Source: Somniosus microcephalus
Lineage: Eukaryota
Assembly (NCBI GenBank): GCA_052327205.1
Contig: JBMRGM010000035.1
Span: 100,564,001 to 100,628,000 of the forward strand
Direction: 5' to 3'
DNA length: 64,000 nt
The notes under the pieces were generated by a model. It saw only the letters and a program-made list of their open reading frames with translations. It searched no databases and had not been told where the DNA came from. The translations under genes were made by a program, and so were the position numbers. Numbering within the stretch: the first letter of the stretch is position 1; each line of letters starts with the position of its first letter. Of the stretch, positions 62,715-64,000 are shown in pieces.

Positions 62715-64000
62715 GGGCCCGATTTCGTGGCTTGTGTGGGAAATGGTCGGATTCCCCCGAATGTGGGGTCCTGACACACAAATAAATGTGTCAGCCAGCT
62801 CTACACAATTTTCCGTAAAGTGGCCAATTAATTCCCAGCATGTGGAAAGCCTTGCTAATTGTCCATTTCTAGTCAGAAATCCCCACAGTATGATGTCATC
62901 ATTCGTGGTGCTTTCAATGTCTATAGCAAGCACTGCATCCTCTGAAAGTTTCCAAGCGAACCATACAGGATGGCAGAGGAGCCTGCAGCAGCTGTGGCCA
63001 GTGCCAGACCCCGAGCTGCCTCCAAATTCGACAAAGCTTCACTGCAGGCATTATTCGATGGGGTTAGGGCCCACAGGCAGGTCCTCTTTCCTAGGTCAGG
63101 CAGGAAGAGGCCTCCCACTGAGACCAAGGCTGCATGGATGCAGGTGTCAGCAGATGTCAACTCGAATGTGCATGTCATCTTTGCATCACATTTCTAACTC
63201 TTTCATTTACTCCCCCACAGTACCATCCAGAGCCCCTGTCGTCACTGTGGCGGAGGAAGAGGCTGTGCAGCCAAACTCCTCAGAGGAAGCTCCAACATCT
63301 GAGGGTGCAGAGTCAGCAGAATTAAGCGCACCCAGCACCAGCGCAGACACTCACACCTCGGGGGGACCTTCGGGACATAGTGTAGTGTTGTCACCTGGTG
63401 TTTCACAGATCACAAGTGAGCCTCAGCAGATTCTGGAGACAGGGACAGCAGTGGAGAGTCCTCATCGGAGGGTGCAGGACCCTGCCAGCTCAGCTCAGCT
63501 GCGCTGCATGTCGCCCCGCTGCCTTTGGGTCCATCCGTAAGATCAGAGGTGAGGGATCTCCATGCACAGATGCAGGAGTCTCTTGCAAGTTTTGTCTCCA
63601 GGGTCGCTGCGAGTGTGGAGCGAATGGAGGAGTCCATAGCGACCATGAGCAGAGCCTTTGTGGAGTCTATGGCACATGAAGACATCACCATGGAAAGGTT
63701 GGCAACCTCCATGGAGGAGATAACTCGCCAGGGTACGGAAAACATGGTGAGTGCTCATAAGAGAATGACATCTATTGAGGAGCGTTGGCCATCGATTGAA
63801 AAGAGAAACCAGATCTTCATGGAAGTCATTCTGAGTAGGACTGCCAGTGCAGAAACGGGTCCCCATGGCCCCCTAAAGCGCAGCAAGCTGCTCCCAAACC
63901 ACTTCCAAGCACTGGCCCCTTCTTGCCTGTGCAGCTTCAGGTGAGTGAGCAGCAGCCTGGTGCTCCTGGTGCTGATCATGCTGCTGCTGCCTCTGCTGCT
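62715..64000 (+). mobile_element. Harbinger element of another family (left end and Myb/SANT gene), running off the window
   Basis: The satellite stops abruptly at GGGCCCGATTTC. ORF 62970..63197 (R.RAASKF....LQALFDGVRAHRQVLFP......AWMQVS..VNS) is Myb/SANT-like. It is followed by acidic/Ser-rich and coiled-coil-like coding segments. Confidence 0.75.

Noticed and set aside
62650-63540. 296-aa ORF
   Set aside because: It starts in satellite, crosses the transposon end and reads the Myb exon out of frame; only its distal part plausibly matches a real exon.

Overview
Eukaryotic, repeat-saturated DNA. The CR1 and Harbinger families suggest a vertebrate, probably a cartilaginous fish (inference). 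No host gene is recognisable. The backbone is a diverged 31-bp tandem satellite (consensus TTTCTGATAATTCAGACCCAGACAGTGGGTG, all on one strand, with kb-scale higher-order duplications) spanning about 10.0-62.7 kb. It is interrupted by CR1 LINEs, one full-length decayed Ty3/Gypsy LTR element, a short non-autonomous retroelement and many PIF/Harbinger DNA transposons. The Harbingers comprise one full two-gene element inserted in the satellite, another inserted in a CR1 tail, seven ~0.7-kb MITEs and three further partial or decayed elements. The most notable signal is that every Harbinger in the satellite sits in the same motif, AG(A/G)(C/G)AN|NNN|(G/A)TGT(T/C)T, which occurs once per monomer. The satellite therefore behaves as an array of Harbinger landing sites.
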